Assembly (NCBI GenBank): GCA_963803145.1
Contig: CAWDLW010000015.1
Coordinates: 128,001-192,000 of the forward strand
DNA length: 64,000 bases
Origin: Methanotrichaceae archaeon
Lineage (GTDB): Archaea; Halobacteriota; Methanosarcinia; Methanotrichales; Methanotrichaceae
Reading direction: 5' to 3'
Position numbers and translations under genes: made by a program. Of the stretch, positions 29,878-39,843 are shown piece after piece. Position 1 is the stretch's first letter, and every line of letters begins with the position of its first letter. The notes under the pieces are model-generated. The model searched no databases, had not been told where the DNA came from, and saw nothing but the letters and a program-made list of their open reading frames with translations.

Positions 29878-31015
29878 GAGGATTCCTATTTACTTGTATC
29901 CTAAGGGCGGTTTTTTTAAATCGACTCTAGATTTGCCTTACGATGTTCGCTATTCTTGGTCTAACCTGTTTTTTTTCAGTTAATTCTCGATAGCATCCGC
30001 TATCCCTAAATGACATTTGCCTTTTTAAGAGTACAAAGCTGATACAAGTTAAAAGCGAAAGCGGTAACTATCATTTTCACATGCACTCTTCTGACTGATG
30101 TAACAAGCACTCTTCCAGCCTCGAAAACCCTCTTGATTACAGCATGGGGCCTTTCGCCAGGCGATCTGAGGATACTGATCAACTGATTGCGTTCTTTATC
30201 AAGATCAGAAAGAGGTTTATCAGTAGTCCTGCGCTTCATTGTAAAATCAATACCTTTGGCCTTCACACCGAAATATCCTCTATCTCTGAAAACTGGCACG
30301 CCAGGGATAGAGAGATCAACCTGACTGTCATGCAGTGATGCAGTCGAGGTCTCTATATCACGTATTAGGCTGTAATCGATATCAGTTATTTGATGTAACT
30401 TATATCCGAAGTGAGTTTCATTGCCTTTCTTAGCCCATGTGCCATCCTTGCTGCGACGTGTCTTAGCCTCATCGCCACGTGGTTTCTTTGACTCCGATGA
30501 TCCTGGATCTGCTTCTATAAAGGTAGCATCCTGAACAATTCCGCGTCTGATCTTCAATCCTTTTGCATCCAACTGTCTTTGAAGTTCAGCCCAAACAAGC
30601 CTATCTGTTCCTGTCTCCGCCATTCGTTCTTTGAATGACCATATAGTTCTGGAATCAGGGAACTGATCAGGAAAACCAAGAAATGCCATAAATGATATGC
30701 GATCAGCCATTTGCCGTTCAACAGCCAGATCGCTCAGGCCATACCACTGCTGGAGAATCAGGATCCTGAACATTAGAATAACATCACAGTTGGGCCTTCC
30801 TCCCTTCTCGGTCTTATTAGTATACATCCCTTCCAGAAGAGGACGAAAGGGAACCCAATTGATCAATCCAGATACTTGAGCTAATTTAGACTCCTCTTGC
30901 TTTGCATTTAGACCTTTCAATACCCAAGTAGTAAAAGAATCCATAACAATAAATACTATTTGCTGTATTTAACACTTTCGATGCTAAAGCAGGGGGTAGG
31001 TTTATAGGAATCCTC
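29878..31015 (-). mobile_element. IS5-family insertion sequence, 1138 bp
   Basis: Terminal inverted repeats GAGGATTCCTATTTAC / reverse complement GAGGATTCCTATAAAC; 4-bp target duplication TGTG at 29874-29877 and 31016-31019. Confidence 0.93.
30006..30944 (-). CDS. IS5-family DDE transposase
   Basis: GGRP, LQQWYGLSD, PDSRTIW, VQDATF, HFGYKLH, DRGY, ERPHAVIK. Confidence 0.93.
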   Translation of the reverse strand: MDSFTTWVLKGLNAKQEESKLAQVSGLINWVPFRPLLEGMYTNKTEKGGRPNCDVILMFRILILQQWYGLSDLAVERQMADRISFMAFLGFPDQFPDSRTIWSFKERMAETGTDRLVWAELQRQLDAKGLKIRRGIVQDATFIEADPGSSESKKPRGDEAKTRRSKDGTWAKKGNETHFGYKLHQITDIDYSLIRDIETSTASLHDSQVDLSIPGVPVFRDRGYFGVKAKGIDFTMKRRTTDKPLSDLDKERNQLISILRSPGERPHAVIKRVFEAGRVLVTSVRRVHVKMIVTAFAFNLYQLCTLKKANVI

Positions 31016-32693
31016 TGTGGAACCAAATAATACTATGGTGCATAAAGAAGCTATTCATATTGAATTTGGCCACTCTGGATATTGTACTATTGAGCAAGTT
31101 AGCGCTATCTTTAGCTACCTGCTAACAGGCGATGAGGATAAAAAAGGATGGAACTATGTAGCCGATCCACGAGGTGTGAATAACTTTTTTTATGCTAACC
31201 AGACTTTAATGGAGGGAGAAGAAGCAAATCCAAAACGTGTAGGCGGTGGAGGATGTGCTGATTTCGCTATTTTAATGTCCGCTCTTGTAGAGTCTATTGG
31301 GGGAACTACAAGAATTATTCTAGCCCATAATAATACTTCAGAAGGCCATGCATTTACTGAAGTATACATGGGCAAATTCAATGACACAAATGTAAACAAA
31401 GCCATAAATCGGCTGGAACAGCAATATGAGACAGATAAAATCTACGTCAATATCAATACTACTACCAAAGACGTCTGGCTCAATCTTGACTGGTGGCCAG
31501 ATCAAAAAGGGAACGCACACCCAGGAGGACCATTTTTCCAAGGTGATAAGAATATAGTCCTGTATATTAGAGAGAATTTTAAAAAATCCTCTATAAACGT
31601 TCCTGAAGAACCAAATCAACTGCCTAAACTAATTAGCTTGGATTCAGATAAAGATAGCCCTCAGGATGTAGGATCGATCATAACCTGGATTGCAAAAGCT
31701 AAAGATTCAGATAACGATCCGATATATTACAAGTTCTTACTGAATGGTAAACAAGAAACAAAATGGGTTGAAGATAATATTTGGGTCTGGAATACTACTA
31801 ATGATGACGTTGGCAAAAACCAAATTGAGGTTCAAATTAGAGATGGAAAGTATGGACATGCACTTGTAACTGGATTCGATGATTACAAAAGTTCTGGCTT
31901 CAATATAACTGAAGCCAAGCCTACTCGACCAACGCCCCAGAAAATCGCACAGATTGCCCTGCAACAAGAACCAGCATCCTTAAAAATTGATGTTTATGAA
32001 ACTAATCTTAATGGAACGGCTCTTCCAGGCGTTCGGGTCACAGGGACGGATGCTGCAGGAAACAGCTTCTCAGGCACAACAGACTCAAATGGCGCTGTGG
32101 TCCTCAGCGGACAGCCGGGAACATGGCAGTTCTCATTCGCGAAGGAAGGCTATGAAACACGTAACCCGAATTATGATGTTACTAAGACGGAGGAGGTTGC
32201 AGCTTATCTCCAAAGAATAGCTCAACCTATGCCTCAGAGAACAACACAGCCAGCTCCTGCATATATCACTCCTCGACCTCAATCCGATGAGCAGTTCGAC
32301 TTTACAGTCTGGGTTCACGATAGGAGTCTTAATGGCACAGCTCTCTCGGGCGTCCAGGTGACGGGTCAAGATGCCGCAGGAAACAGCTTCTCAGGAATAA
32401 CAGATTCAGACGGCGCTGTGGCCCTTAGCGGACAGCCGGGAACATGGCAGTTCTCATTCGCGAAGGAAGGCTATGGGACGCTTAACTTGAGCTACAATGT
32501 CACTAGCACTGATTATGGCGATGTATATCTCCAGAGCGCTAGTAGTGCAGATCAATCGGCGTCGGCACAATCAGAGGTACCAGTTGTCAGCGAAGTTACA
32601 CCCACCCAGATGTATCAGCAATCCTCATCGCAACCTGCTATACAGACAATGAGCGGATAACCGCTAAAGCCACATATTCCAGTATAATTGAGA

Positions 32694-32725
32694 GGAGCTA
32701 GGGGATGATAAGTAACCCTAGCTTC
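32694..32725 (+). terminator. Stem-loop between convergent genes
   Basis: GGAGCTAGGG...CCCTAGCTTC. Confidence 0.5.
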
Positions 32726-32783
32726 CACTCCTACTATTTAGCGGAATCCTTATAAAAACTAAAAATAAAAAAGTGAAAGGTTT

Positions 32784-33662
32784 CTAGCAGTCTATGCCAG
32801 CACAGGCAGGTTGCTCATTCTCAGGCACTGGATTCTCGTGGAACTTGATCGTCTTCTCTGCCTCGAACTGTCCTGTGAACATCTCGTGAGCCTTTATGTC
32901 CTTGTAGAATATCTTGTGCCATGTGGCATCTGTGCCCCATGTGCCGTTGAATGTATTCTTTGTCTCCATGCCTATCAGATGCGCCGGGTTATTTCCCATA
33001 AGATCCTTCACCTTATCCTGGTCTCTTCCAGCTGATTTCAGGTCTTTCACTAGCTGCTCCGGTGAATAGCTGGAGGAGGTTCCAGAGTCATCTGGGTAGC
33101 ACATCGGGTAAATTTGCGGGCCTGAATCATATGACATCGGTGAACAATAGCAAGGAGCTGGGTTACATGGCTTGGTTGGGTTATATGGTGCAGTCGAGGT
33201 AAAGAAGGTTGTCTGTTCCTTCTCCATCTGATTTACTGAAAACGTCTCCTGGATATCAGCACCCATGCCGCCGTAGAACTCCTTTGATTTCAGGTACTTT
33301 CCACCGCTCAAAGGTGTCGAGCCCGAGTATGTGAGCTTCTGGTTATCATAGAGATTCAGATTGGATTCCTGGCCCCCGTTGACCGAGGATATATTTCTCT
33401 TAAGCTTATCTGCATTCTGTGAGTAAGCATTCTCTTGGTTAAGTTCCAGATCGCCATCTCCCGACATGGCGTTATAATATTCAAGGGCTATCTTTTTGTC
33501 TACTATCGAAGTGCTCACATCGATAGCACCAGTTCCTGATACTTTCTGACTGTCGCAGAATTGCTCATACTGTACCGGCGGCACAACAGGTGCCGTTGCT
33601 GCCACGATGCCGCAGCAGGCTAGAAGAGCGGCGATTAGCACCGCTACTACTACTCCCTTCAT
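32784..33662 (-). CDS. Secreted hypothetical protein
   Basis: Signal peptide; Cys/Pro-rich central segment; C-terminal CAGIDC. Confidence 0.75.
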   Translation of the reverse strand: MKGVVVAVLIAALLACCGIVAATAPVVPPVQYEQFCDSQKVSGTGAIDVSTSIVDKKIALEYYNAMSGDGDLELNQENAYSQNADKLKRNISSVNGGQESNLNLYDNQKLTYSGSTPLSGGKYLKSKEFYGGMGADIQETFSVNQMEKEQTTFFTSTAPYNPTKPCNPAPCYCSPMSYDSGPQIYPMCYPDDSGTSSSYSPEQLVKDLKSAGRDQDKVKDLMGNNPAHLIGMETKNTFNGTWGTDATWHKIFYKDIKAHEMFTGQFEAEKTIKFHENPVPENEQPACAGIDC

Positions 33663-33748
33663 TCTTTTTTCCCCCTATACCTATATTAACTAAGGTATAT
33701 GACTAAGTTGCTTTAAAGGTTATTAAACATATGCTATGCTAGCAGCAC

Positions 33749-33800
33749 TTCCAGTGGAACTTGGCCAGATGATTCCAGTGGAGGACATGGCAGGATGATT
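33749..33800. repeat. Imperfect ~24-26-bp tandem repeat in a divergent promoter region
   Basis: TTCCAGTGGA at 33749 and 33773, each followed by ...GATGATT. Confidence 0.55.
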
Positions 33801-33917
33801 AAAATATAATAATCGATGTAGCGAGTAACACCTTACCTTGCCGCAACCAATGCGCATAATCGATCTTGCGAGATATTGCTGCTGCCCACAACAGAACGAT
33901 TTTAAAGGTTATCAAGC

Positions 33918-34009
33918 AAAACTAAACAGTTTTAGGATAATTCAGAAACTAATCATCCAGATAAATTTATCGTTCGTTCGATTTCACCTTTAAATATCGT
34001 TCGATTTCA
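33918..34009 (+). promoter_or_regulatory. Operator/promoter copy 2: AAAACT-N4-AGTTTT palindrome plus exact 13-bp direct repeat flanking the TATA box
   Basis: AAAACTAAACAGTTTT at 33918-33933; TCGTTCGATTTCA at 33974-33986 and 33997-34009 around CTTTAAATA. Confidence 0.7.
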
Positions 34010-34061
34010 GTGTCATAGTGTAGCTGGTTCTTACTACCAGTTGAATTTCAAGGTGATTCAA

Positions 34062-34754
34062 ATGAAATTGGCAATATCGGCAGGTCTTGCGATCTGTTGC
34101 ATTCTCATCACATCAGCCTTCGCTGTGCCTGCAGGAACATATGTCCAAAATGGCCAGGACAGGGGTGCAGTATGGCTGTCTGGTGCAGAAAATTATACTC
34201 GCAATTGTATTGGTAACGGCTTATCTGATTTCAATAGAGAATTCAAGAACGGTACGACCAAGGTTGAGGTCATCAAGGGTGGTCGTGGCTTCGCCCTGAA
34301 TGGTGATCAGTTCCATGTTGTCAGTATAGCAGTTGAAAACACAAGAACTATAGATGCTGCGAAGGCATCAAAGATCAGAGATCTCCTGAAATCCAATAAT
34401 AGTGACAAGACAGTAGGCGAGCTCAGGAAAGAGGCATTAGCAATAATCGGAGAGCCAGTCTATAATGGAAGCCTCAGGCTGGGCCAGAGCAGCTACAAGC
34501 TTGTGAATATGAAAGTAGCTTCTAGCGGGAACCTCTCTTCCATAGACGCTGATCTATCGACACTAGCTAAAGGCGCAGCTTCGGGCAGCGTAGCTGGCCA
34601 CATTAAACTGACGACAGAAACTCATGAAGGATCCAGAGTGAGCAGCGGAGATCTTACACTAAACGGTACAAATTACAAAGTTCTTGTAAATATGATGCCG
34701 ATCCAAGGAGGCATGCAAGGGCATAGATATCAGCGAATAATTAGAGGCCGATGA
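34062..34754 (+). CDS. Secreted hypothetical protein, paralog A of the GFAL family
   Basis: AGGTG SD, signal peptide; GRGFALNG..VE..GSLRLG..Y.L.N..GHI shared with 38336 and 42566. Confidence 0.75.
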   Translation: MKLAISAGLAICCILITSAFAVPAGTYVQNGQDRGAVWLSGAENYTRNCIGNGLSDFNREFKNGTTKVEVIKGGRGFALNGDQFHVVSIAVENTRTIDAAKASKIRDLLKSNNSDKTVGELRKEALAIIGEPVYNGSLRLGQSSYKLVNMKVASSGNLSSIDADLSTLAKGAASGSVAGHIKLTTETHEGSRVSSGDLTLNGTNYKVLVNMMPIQGGMQGHRYQRIIRGR

Positions 34755-34988
34755 TAGGCCTGCTATGTGAGCCTGGTGTCGCAGAGTGCTGATAGAACGT
34801 GGGCACCGCCTCCAAATGACGAGCTGAGCTTTATGGACTGGCCATTATCCGGCCGTCCACAATTTAGTGAAGTTTGTATGAAAACAATAATGCTACATCA
34901 AAGCTGTAAGATAATAATGCGATATAATTCATTCGATTGCATAGTCCAGATAAACCGATAGAAAAAGCTAAGTTACAATGGTGACTTC

Positions 34989-35246
34989 ATGCGATCCATT
35001 AATGATTACTTGAAATGTAGGCCGGGTCTAAAAGGTCAGGTCCTCGATCGCGGAGAGCTTAAGCGAGTGGCTCGAGCATGCGGCTTGAGCCCAGAAGATG
35101 CTCGGTCTGAATTGAAAAGGCTAGGGTTTACCCTCACGAAGAACAGCCATGGCCTTGCGGTTTGGAAAAAAGAGGATAATCAAGCTCATTTATATAATCC
35201 GGATAATATGGGCATTGTGGAGGCCGAATCTGATGCCAATCGCTAA
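34989..35246 (+). CDS. Small hypothetical protein, possibly helix-turn-helix
   Basis: GGTG SD; ELKRVARACGLSPEDARSELKRLGF; overlaps the next gene. Confidence 0.55.
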   Translation: MRSINDYLKCRPGLKGQVLDRGELKRVARACGLSPEDARSELKRLGFTLTKNSHGLAVWKKEDNQAHLYNPDNMGIVEAESDANR

Positions 35247-35457
35247 GATGGATACAAAAGGAAGAGTGCAGCTCCCTATAGGGATAAGATACAAATTGGA
35301 CTTAAATTATGGGGATAAGTTTGCAATAGATCATCTTGGAGATGGCACTATTATCCTTAAAAAGATAGGTTTGCAGGTATCATTTGACACAATGAGAAGT
35401 GCCGGTGATAATTGTTCAGATATTCTGGACTTTAAGCCTGAAGGCAGGAAGGCATGA
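35233..35457 (+). CDS. AbrB/MazE/SpoVT-family DNA-binding protein
   Basis: AKMDTKGRVQLPIGIRYKLDLNYGD..IILKK; GGAGG SD ahead of ATG 35233. Confidence 0.8.
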   Translation: MPIAKMDTKGRVQLPIGIRYKLDLNYGDKFAIDHLGDGTIILKKIGLQVSFDTMRSAGDNCSDILDFKPEGRKA

Positions 35458-36128
35458 AGGTAGTAGATCTAGTAGATATAGCGAAGAGTTACCTGATCGG
35501 AGACAGCGAGATAGCAGTTCTGAAGGGTATCAACCTCGGAATAGATCAGGGCGAGTTCATAGCGCTCATGGGTCCGTCGGGCAGCGGCAAATCAACGCTC
35601 ATGAATATAGTGGGCTGTCTGGACAGGCCGACACGAGGGAAGTATTTGCTCCTTGATAAAGACGTGAGCCAGCTGCCGGACGATGAGCTTGCCCGAGCCA
35701 GAAGAGAGGAGCTCGGATTTATATTCCAGACCTTCAACCTTATAGGCAGGATATCGGTTCTGAAGAACGTCGAGGTTCCAATGATGCTGAGCGAGGTTCC
35801 ACGTGAGGAAAGGCGCATCAGAGCCCTGCAGCTTCTTAAGGCCGTAGGGCTTGAGCACAGATCTGATTTCAGCCCACTCAGAATATCAGGTGGCGAACGT
35901 CAGAGAGTGGCTATTGCTCGGGCACTCGCAAACGACCCTAAGATCATAATTGCAGACGAGCCCACCGGAAACTTGGATTTGAAGTCGAGCGATGAGGTCA
36001 TGGAGATCATGAAAAACTTACACGATGAGGGCAGAACCATCATTATGGTTACCCATAACCCTGAGATAACCAGAGACTGCAATAGAGTCATAAGGCTCAG
36101 AGACGGCCAGATATTGGAGAATTCATGA
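35454..36128 (+). CDS. ABC transporter ATP-binding protein (LolD/MacB type)
   Basis: GPSGSGKST, ISGGERQRVAIARAL, ADEPTGNLD, VTH; ATGA overlap with the AbrB gene. Confidence 0.95.
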   Translation: MKVVDLVDIAKSYLIGDSEIAVLKGINLGIDQGEFIALMGPSGSGKSTLMNIVGCLDRPTRGKYLLLDKDVSQLPDDELARARREELGFIFQTFNLIGRISVLKNVEVPMMLSEVPREERRIRALQLLKAVGLEHRSDFSPLRISGGERQRVAIARALANDPKIIIADEPTGNLDLKSSDEVMEIMKNLHDEGRTIIMVTHNPEITRDCNRVIRLRDGQILENS

Positions 36129-37015
36129 GTAGAGCCTTTCTTGTTTCAGCAATGTTATTGCTTATGCTAATAATAGGCTCATCGCAAGCCTATGAATATC
36201 ACATGCCAGTAAACATCCAGCCTACGATCACGCCTTCTGTGCTCATGCCCGGAGACGAGGCTGTTGTGGCAATCGAGCTTCAGAATGGTGCAGCAGCCTA
36301 TGGTGCAGGCGGAGATGCAGGGGCAGGAACTGCTGCTGCCGGCACAATCTTGTCCACGCCCATAAACCAGACGACTCTAAAGGGAACGAATGATATTCAG
36401 GTCATAAGCCCAGATTACAAGGATCTGGGCATGATCGGACCGGATGATAAGATCACACTCTACTACAAAATCAAGGCAAATGAGAATACCCCAAGCGGAA
36501 CTTACTTCCTGGATTTTAATGTACAAGGCGGCTATGACATGGTTCAGATCAACCGCGAGATTCCTGTCAAGGTAGATTCTGCTGCTGTGAACATTGCTCG
36601 AGCAGATGTGCCAACCAAGCCGAGCATAGACCTGAATGTTGCAAACCCGAGAGAGAATACTCTCAACGCAGTCACGATCATTCCTTCAGCTCCAGGAGTC
36701 AGGTTCTCACCAGACCAATACTATATAGGAACAATGGACCCCGATGAGGTTTTCACTATTAGCTTCGGAATAGATTCATCCGGCCCGGCAAGGCAGCAAA
36801 CACATGCATTAACCAACATGAGCTTCGTATCCAAGTTCAAAAACGGTGATAACTGGCACCAGTCAGGAGCATACACCACAACCTACACCCCACCAATCGA
36901 TACATCAAGGCAGAATAGTTATCTTATGCCCGCAGCTGGAGCCGCCGTGATCATAATCGCGGGAGCAGGCTTGTACCTGTACAGGCGCAGAAAGAATTTA
37001 CAGAAGCAGAAGTGA
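36125..37015 (+). CDS. Secreted Ig-like/S-layer-type (COG1361-like) accessory protein with C-terminal TM anchor
   Basis: Signal peptide, PSVLMPGD, YYIGTMDPDEVFT, C-terminal TM followed by RRRK; located in the ABC operon. Confidence 0.75.
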   Translation: MSRAFLVSAMLLLMLIIGSSQAYEYHMPVNIQPTITPSVLMPGDEAVVAIELQNGAAAYGAGGDAGAGTAAAGTILSTPINQTTLKGTNDIQVISPDYKDLGMIGPDDKITLYYKIKANENTPSGTYFLDFNVQGGYDMVQINREIPVKVDSAAVNIARADVPTKPSIDLNVANPRENTLNAVTIIPSAPGVRFSPDQYYIGTMDPDEVFTISFGIDSSGPARQQTHALTNMSFVSKFKNGDNWHQSGAYTTTYTPPIDTSRQNSYLMPAAGAAVIIIAGAGLYLYRRRKNLQKQK

Positions 37016-37094
37016 GTTTTTCCAAATATGACTCCAAGATATGGGTTTCAAGGTGTGAAATGGCTCCAGATTTTGACAAGTCCGGGAGGGCTGA

Positions 37095-38318
37095 ATGAAG
37101 CTGCCTGACGTGCTAGAGTTCATAGCAATAGGTTTCAAGGCTGACAGGTTTAAGACGCTCATGTCAAGCCTTGGAATCATCATCGGCGTAATGGCCATCG
37201 TTGTGATGCTCTCTGTGGGCGAGGGCCTTTACTCAGGAGTATCCTCGCAATTCAGCACTTTCAACCTGGACGTAATACGTGTAGCACCTGGCACCTTCAA
37301 CTTTGGTCCAGGTACACAGCCCAGCTTTAGGACGCCACAAGAACCTGCCAAATTCACAGATAAAGATACGAAAGTTCTTGAAAATATCGTTGGGATCAAG
37401 ACTGTGGCACCTGAAACATCGGCGAACGTAGTTATATCTTTTAGAGATAAGAATGCCTCCGCTAGTCTTACGGGCGTCGATCCAACTAAAGAACCCGACC
37501 TCAAAAGTAAGATAGACCTGGGTCGGTTCCTTACAAGTTCGGATTACAAATCGATTGTTATTGGAAGCGGCGTTTCAGATGGTCTCTTTAGGATGAAGAT
37601 AACTCCTGGAAATGTGATAAGGCTGTACTACCAGGACCATTATATGGATTTTAAAGTCGTGGGAGTATTACAGGATCAGCAGCAATCATCCTTCCGTGGC
37701 CCCGGAGGTAGTTCCAATACTCAAATGTATATAACTCATAAGGCCATGAAGGATTTGCTCGGAAGAGAGAATTATTATTATGGGTCATTCCAGGTGACTG
37801 TTGAGGATCCTGCACAAGTGGATAACATAATTGATACGATCAAGGCTGACCTTCAGAGATACCATAAGAACGAAGCCTATGATGCAACAACTGCCAGAGA
37901 TATGCTCGCATCTCTTTTGAGCATACTTTCGATGATTAGATATGCGCTTGGAGGAATAGGCGCAATCTCTCTTATCGTCGGCGGAATAGGGATTGCAAAT
38001 GTCATGATGCTCACAGTCAAAGAGCGCATACGCGAGATAGGAGTCATGAAGGCTCTGGGCGCGACCATGAGGGATATCAGGCTTCAGTACCTTCTTGAGG
38101 CTGGAGTCTTAGGCATTGTTAGCAGTATCATAGGCATAACTCTGGGTGTCGTCGTATCCTTCCTCATAGGTTCATTAGCAGGACTTCCCTCAGCCATAAC
38201 ACCTCAGTCAATTCTAATTGGGCTGATGTTCGGAGTGATGACAACGACAATCGCAGGCGTCTACCCTGCAAATAAAGCTGCAAGGCTTGACCCTATCGAG
38301 GCTCTGCGCGCTGAATAG
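37095..38318 (+). CDS. ABC transporter permease (FtsX/MacB type)
   Basis: LGIIIGV, large external loop, VGGIGIANVM..VKERIREIGVMKALGA, YPANKAARLDPIEALRAE. Confidence 0.95.
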   Translation: MKLPDVLEFIAIGFKADRFKTLMSSLGIIIGVMAIVVMLSVGEGLYSGVSSQFSTFNLDVIRVAPGTFNFGPGTQPSFRTPQEPAKFTDKDTKVLENIVGIKTVAPETSANVVISFRDKNASASLTGVDPTKEPDLKSKIDLGRFLTSSDYKSIVIGSGVSDGLFRMKITPGNVIRLYYQDHYMDFKVVGVLQDQQQSSFRGPGGSSNTQMYITHKAMKDLLGRENYYYGSFQVTVEDPAQVDNIIDTIKADLQRYHKNEAYDATTARDMLASLLSILSMIRYALGGIGAISLIVGGIGIANVMMLTVKERIREIGVMKALGATMRDIRLQYLLEAGVLGIVSSIIGITLGVVVSFLIGSLAGLPSAITPQSILIGLMFGVMTTTIAGVYPANKAARLDPIEALRAE

Positions 38319-38335
38319 ATCTTTAGTTAGGTGAT

Positions 38336-39298
38336 ATGGGAAATGGAGAATTATCTATGAATATAAAGCAGGAGTTCGGAGGTGTAAATCAGTCTCTATT
38401 GGTTTTATCGAGAATCAAAAGGAGCGTCGCCACAATCAAAATCAAATCAAATGTTGTTCACGTAGGGATGATAGTACTGCTAGCACTACTATTTACGAGC
38501 ATGAACGGAATAGGCCTCGCTCAAATATCTCAAGATAATTGGGAATCAGGAAACAGCAAAGTAGTCAATACGTCCGCTGAGAGATCAACCATTCACTGGC
38601 TCGAAGCTCAGCCTGAGGGTATACCTATAGAAAATTCCGATCAGCTTTTCCAAATCAGTGGAGGCTCGGAAAATACAAAAAAATTACTCAAGATGCCTGG
38701 GGACGAATTGATCGCCTACAGGCCATCTACTGTGTCAGATACAGGTGCGCCAGAGCCTCCTAAAGGCGATATTGTAACCAGTCTCTTTAGCGGGAGAGGT
38801 TTCGCCTTGAAGGGCAATGAAACGCATGTTCTAAGGATGAATGTGGAGATTGTCAGAGATGTGGACCCTGTGTATTTGAGGAATCTTATGACATCCAATA
38901 AGAGCATAGAAGATATAAAAGAGGGGCTCAATGCCAAGGAAGGACCTGCGTCTATTCGGGGGAGTTTAAGGATAAATGAAAGCAGTTACTCTCTTTTGAA
39001 TATTAAATTCGTATCATCCAAAGATAATGACACTATCTTAGATGCGGATGTGGCCAAGCTTTACTTAAAACCAGCTCCAGGCATGATTATGAGACCGGAT
39101 ACAGGCAATAAGACCACAATTGCAGGGCACATTAAAGTTACAGTAGCTCCTTCGAAGGATGGCTTGATAGGCAATGGCGAGCTAACTATGAGCAGCGAGG
39201 AGTATAGCGGCAAATATACTGTGCTTCTCCACATGGAGAAGCCCCTGCCCTGTAATATCCTGCCGCTTAGAGGTAATATAGCACCTCCACCAACTTAA
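38336..39298 (+). CDS. Secreted/anchored hypothetical protein, paralog B of the GFAL family
   Basis: GRGFALKG..HVLRMNVE..GSLRINESSYSLLNI..AGHIKV; start uncertain. Confidence 0.7.
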   Translation: MGNGELSMNIKQEFGGVNQSLLVLSRIKRSVATIKIKSNVVHVGMIVLLALLFTSMNGIGLAQISQDNWESGNSKVVNTSAERSTIHWLEAQPEGIPIENSDQLFQISGGSENTKKLLKMPGDELIAYRPSTVSDTGAPEPPKGDIVTSLFSGRGFALKGNETHVLRMNVEIVRDVDPVYLRNLMTSNKSIEDIKEGLNAKEGPASIRGSLRINESSYSLLNIKFVSSKDNDTILDADVAKLYLKPAPGMIMRPDTGNKTTIAGHIKVTVAPSKDGLIGNGELTMSSEEYSGKYTVLLHMEKPLPCNILPLRGNIAPPPT

Positions 39299-39376
39299 AT
39301 AAGAGGTATATTTAAGGAAACATGATCCGATTAATAATATAGCTAACGCAGATGAAGGATGTTCAGGAGAGATCAT

Positions 39377-39700
39377 ATGAAGATTTTGGTGATATTAAGC
39401 CTAATCCTAGTGGTATCGACTTTTAGCTTAGGAGCATCTTCTCCAATGCAGCTCAATGGAGATGCCGGTAAGGCCATTTTGGTGAACTTAATTAATAATA
39501 CATCGATGAACTCAGTTAATAGTACATTAAACCAAACTATAAATGCCAGTCAGCCCATAGATACTACAGCAAATCAAGTAAGCAACGCCTCAACAGGAGG
39601 TCTTTGGAACTGGGGCACAGCACCGGCTGGTCATACGGTTGATAAATCAGGGAATCTGGTCATGGTGTCCGGCGATCAGGAATGGACCCCAAATATTTGA
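39377..39700 (+). CDS. Small secreted protein rich in N-glycosylation sequons
   Basis: CAGGAG SD, signal peptide, NNTS/NST/NQT/NAS/NAS, LWNWGTAPAGH. Confidence 0.7.
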   Translation: MKILVILSLILVVSTFSLGASSPMQLNGDAGKAILVNLINNTSMNSVNSTLNQTINASQPIDTTANQVSNASTGGLWNWGTAPAGHTVDKSGNLVMVSGDQEWTPNI

Positions 39701-39843
39701 AAAGATGATGATGCGCTAAAGGCGCTGAAAGCTGATGCAAATCAAGCCGCGGAAGTGGGCCACAGCGCTTTTTCAGGCATATCGGATCAATCTACGCCGT
39801 AGCATTCAAAATGTAGTTTCAACGTTATATTGCAGAAGGAAAT

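Larger units (their letters stand above)
29578..32660 (+). pseudogene. Secreted transglutaminase-like protein with two carboxypeptidase-regulatory-like repeats, interrupted by IS5
   Basis: Removing the IS and one TGTG joins ...FNALV to EPNNTM... in frame (about 646 aa); GGCADFAILM (Cys), GHAFTEVY (His), WLNLD (Asp). Confidence 0.85.

Noticed and set aside
31017-32660. Independent 547-aa gene
   Set aside because: Its GTG start lies in the IS target duplication; it is the 3' part of the interrupted gene
34767-34961. 64-aa ORF or read-through of paralog A
   Set aside because: Two consecutive stops (TGA TAG) precede it, and it has no similarity to the other paralogs
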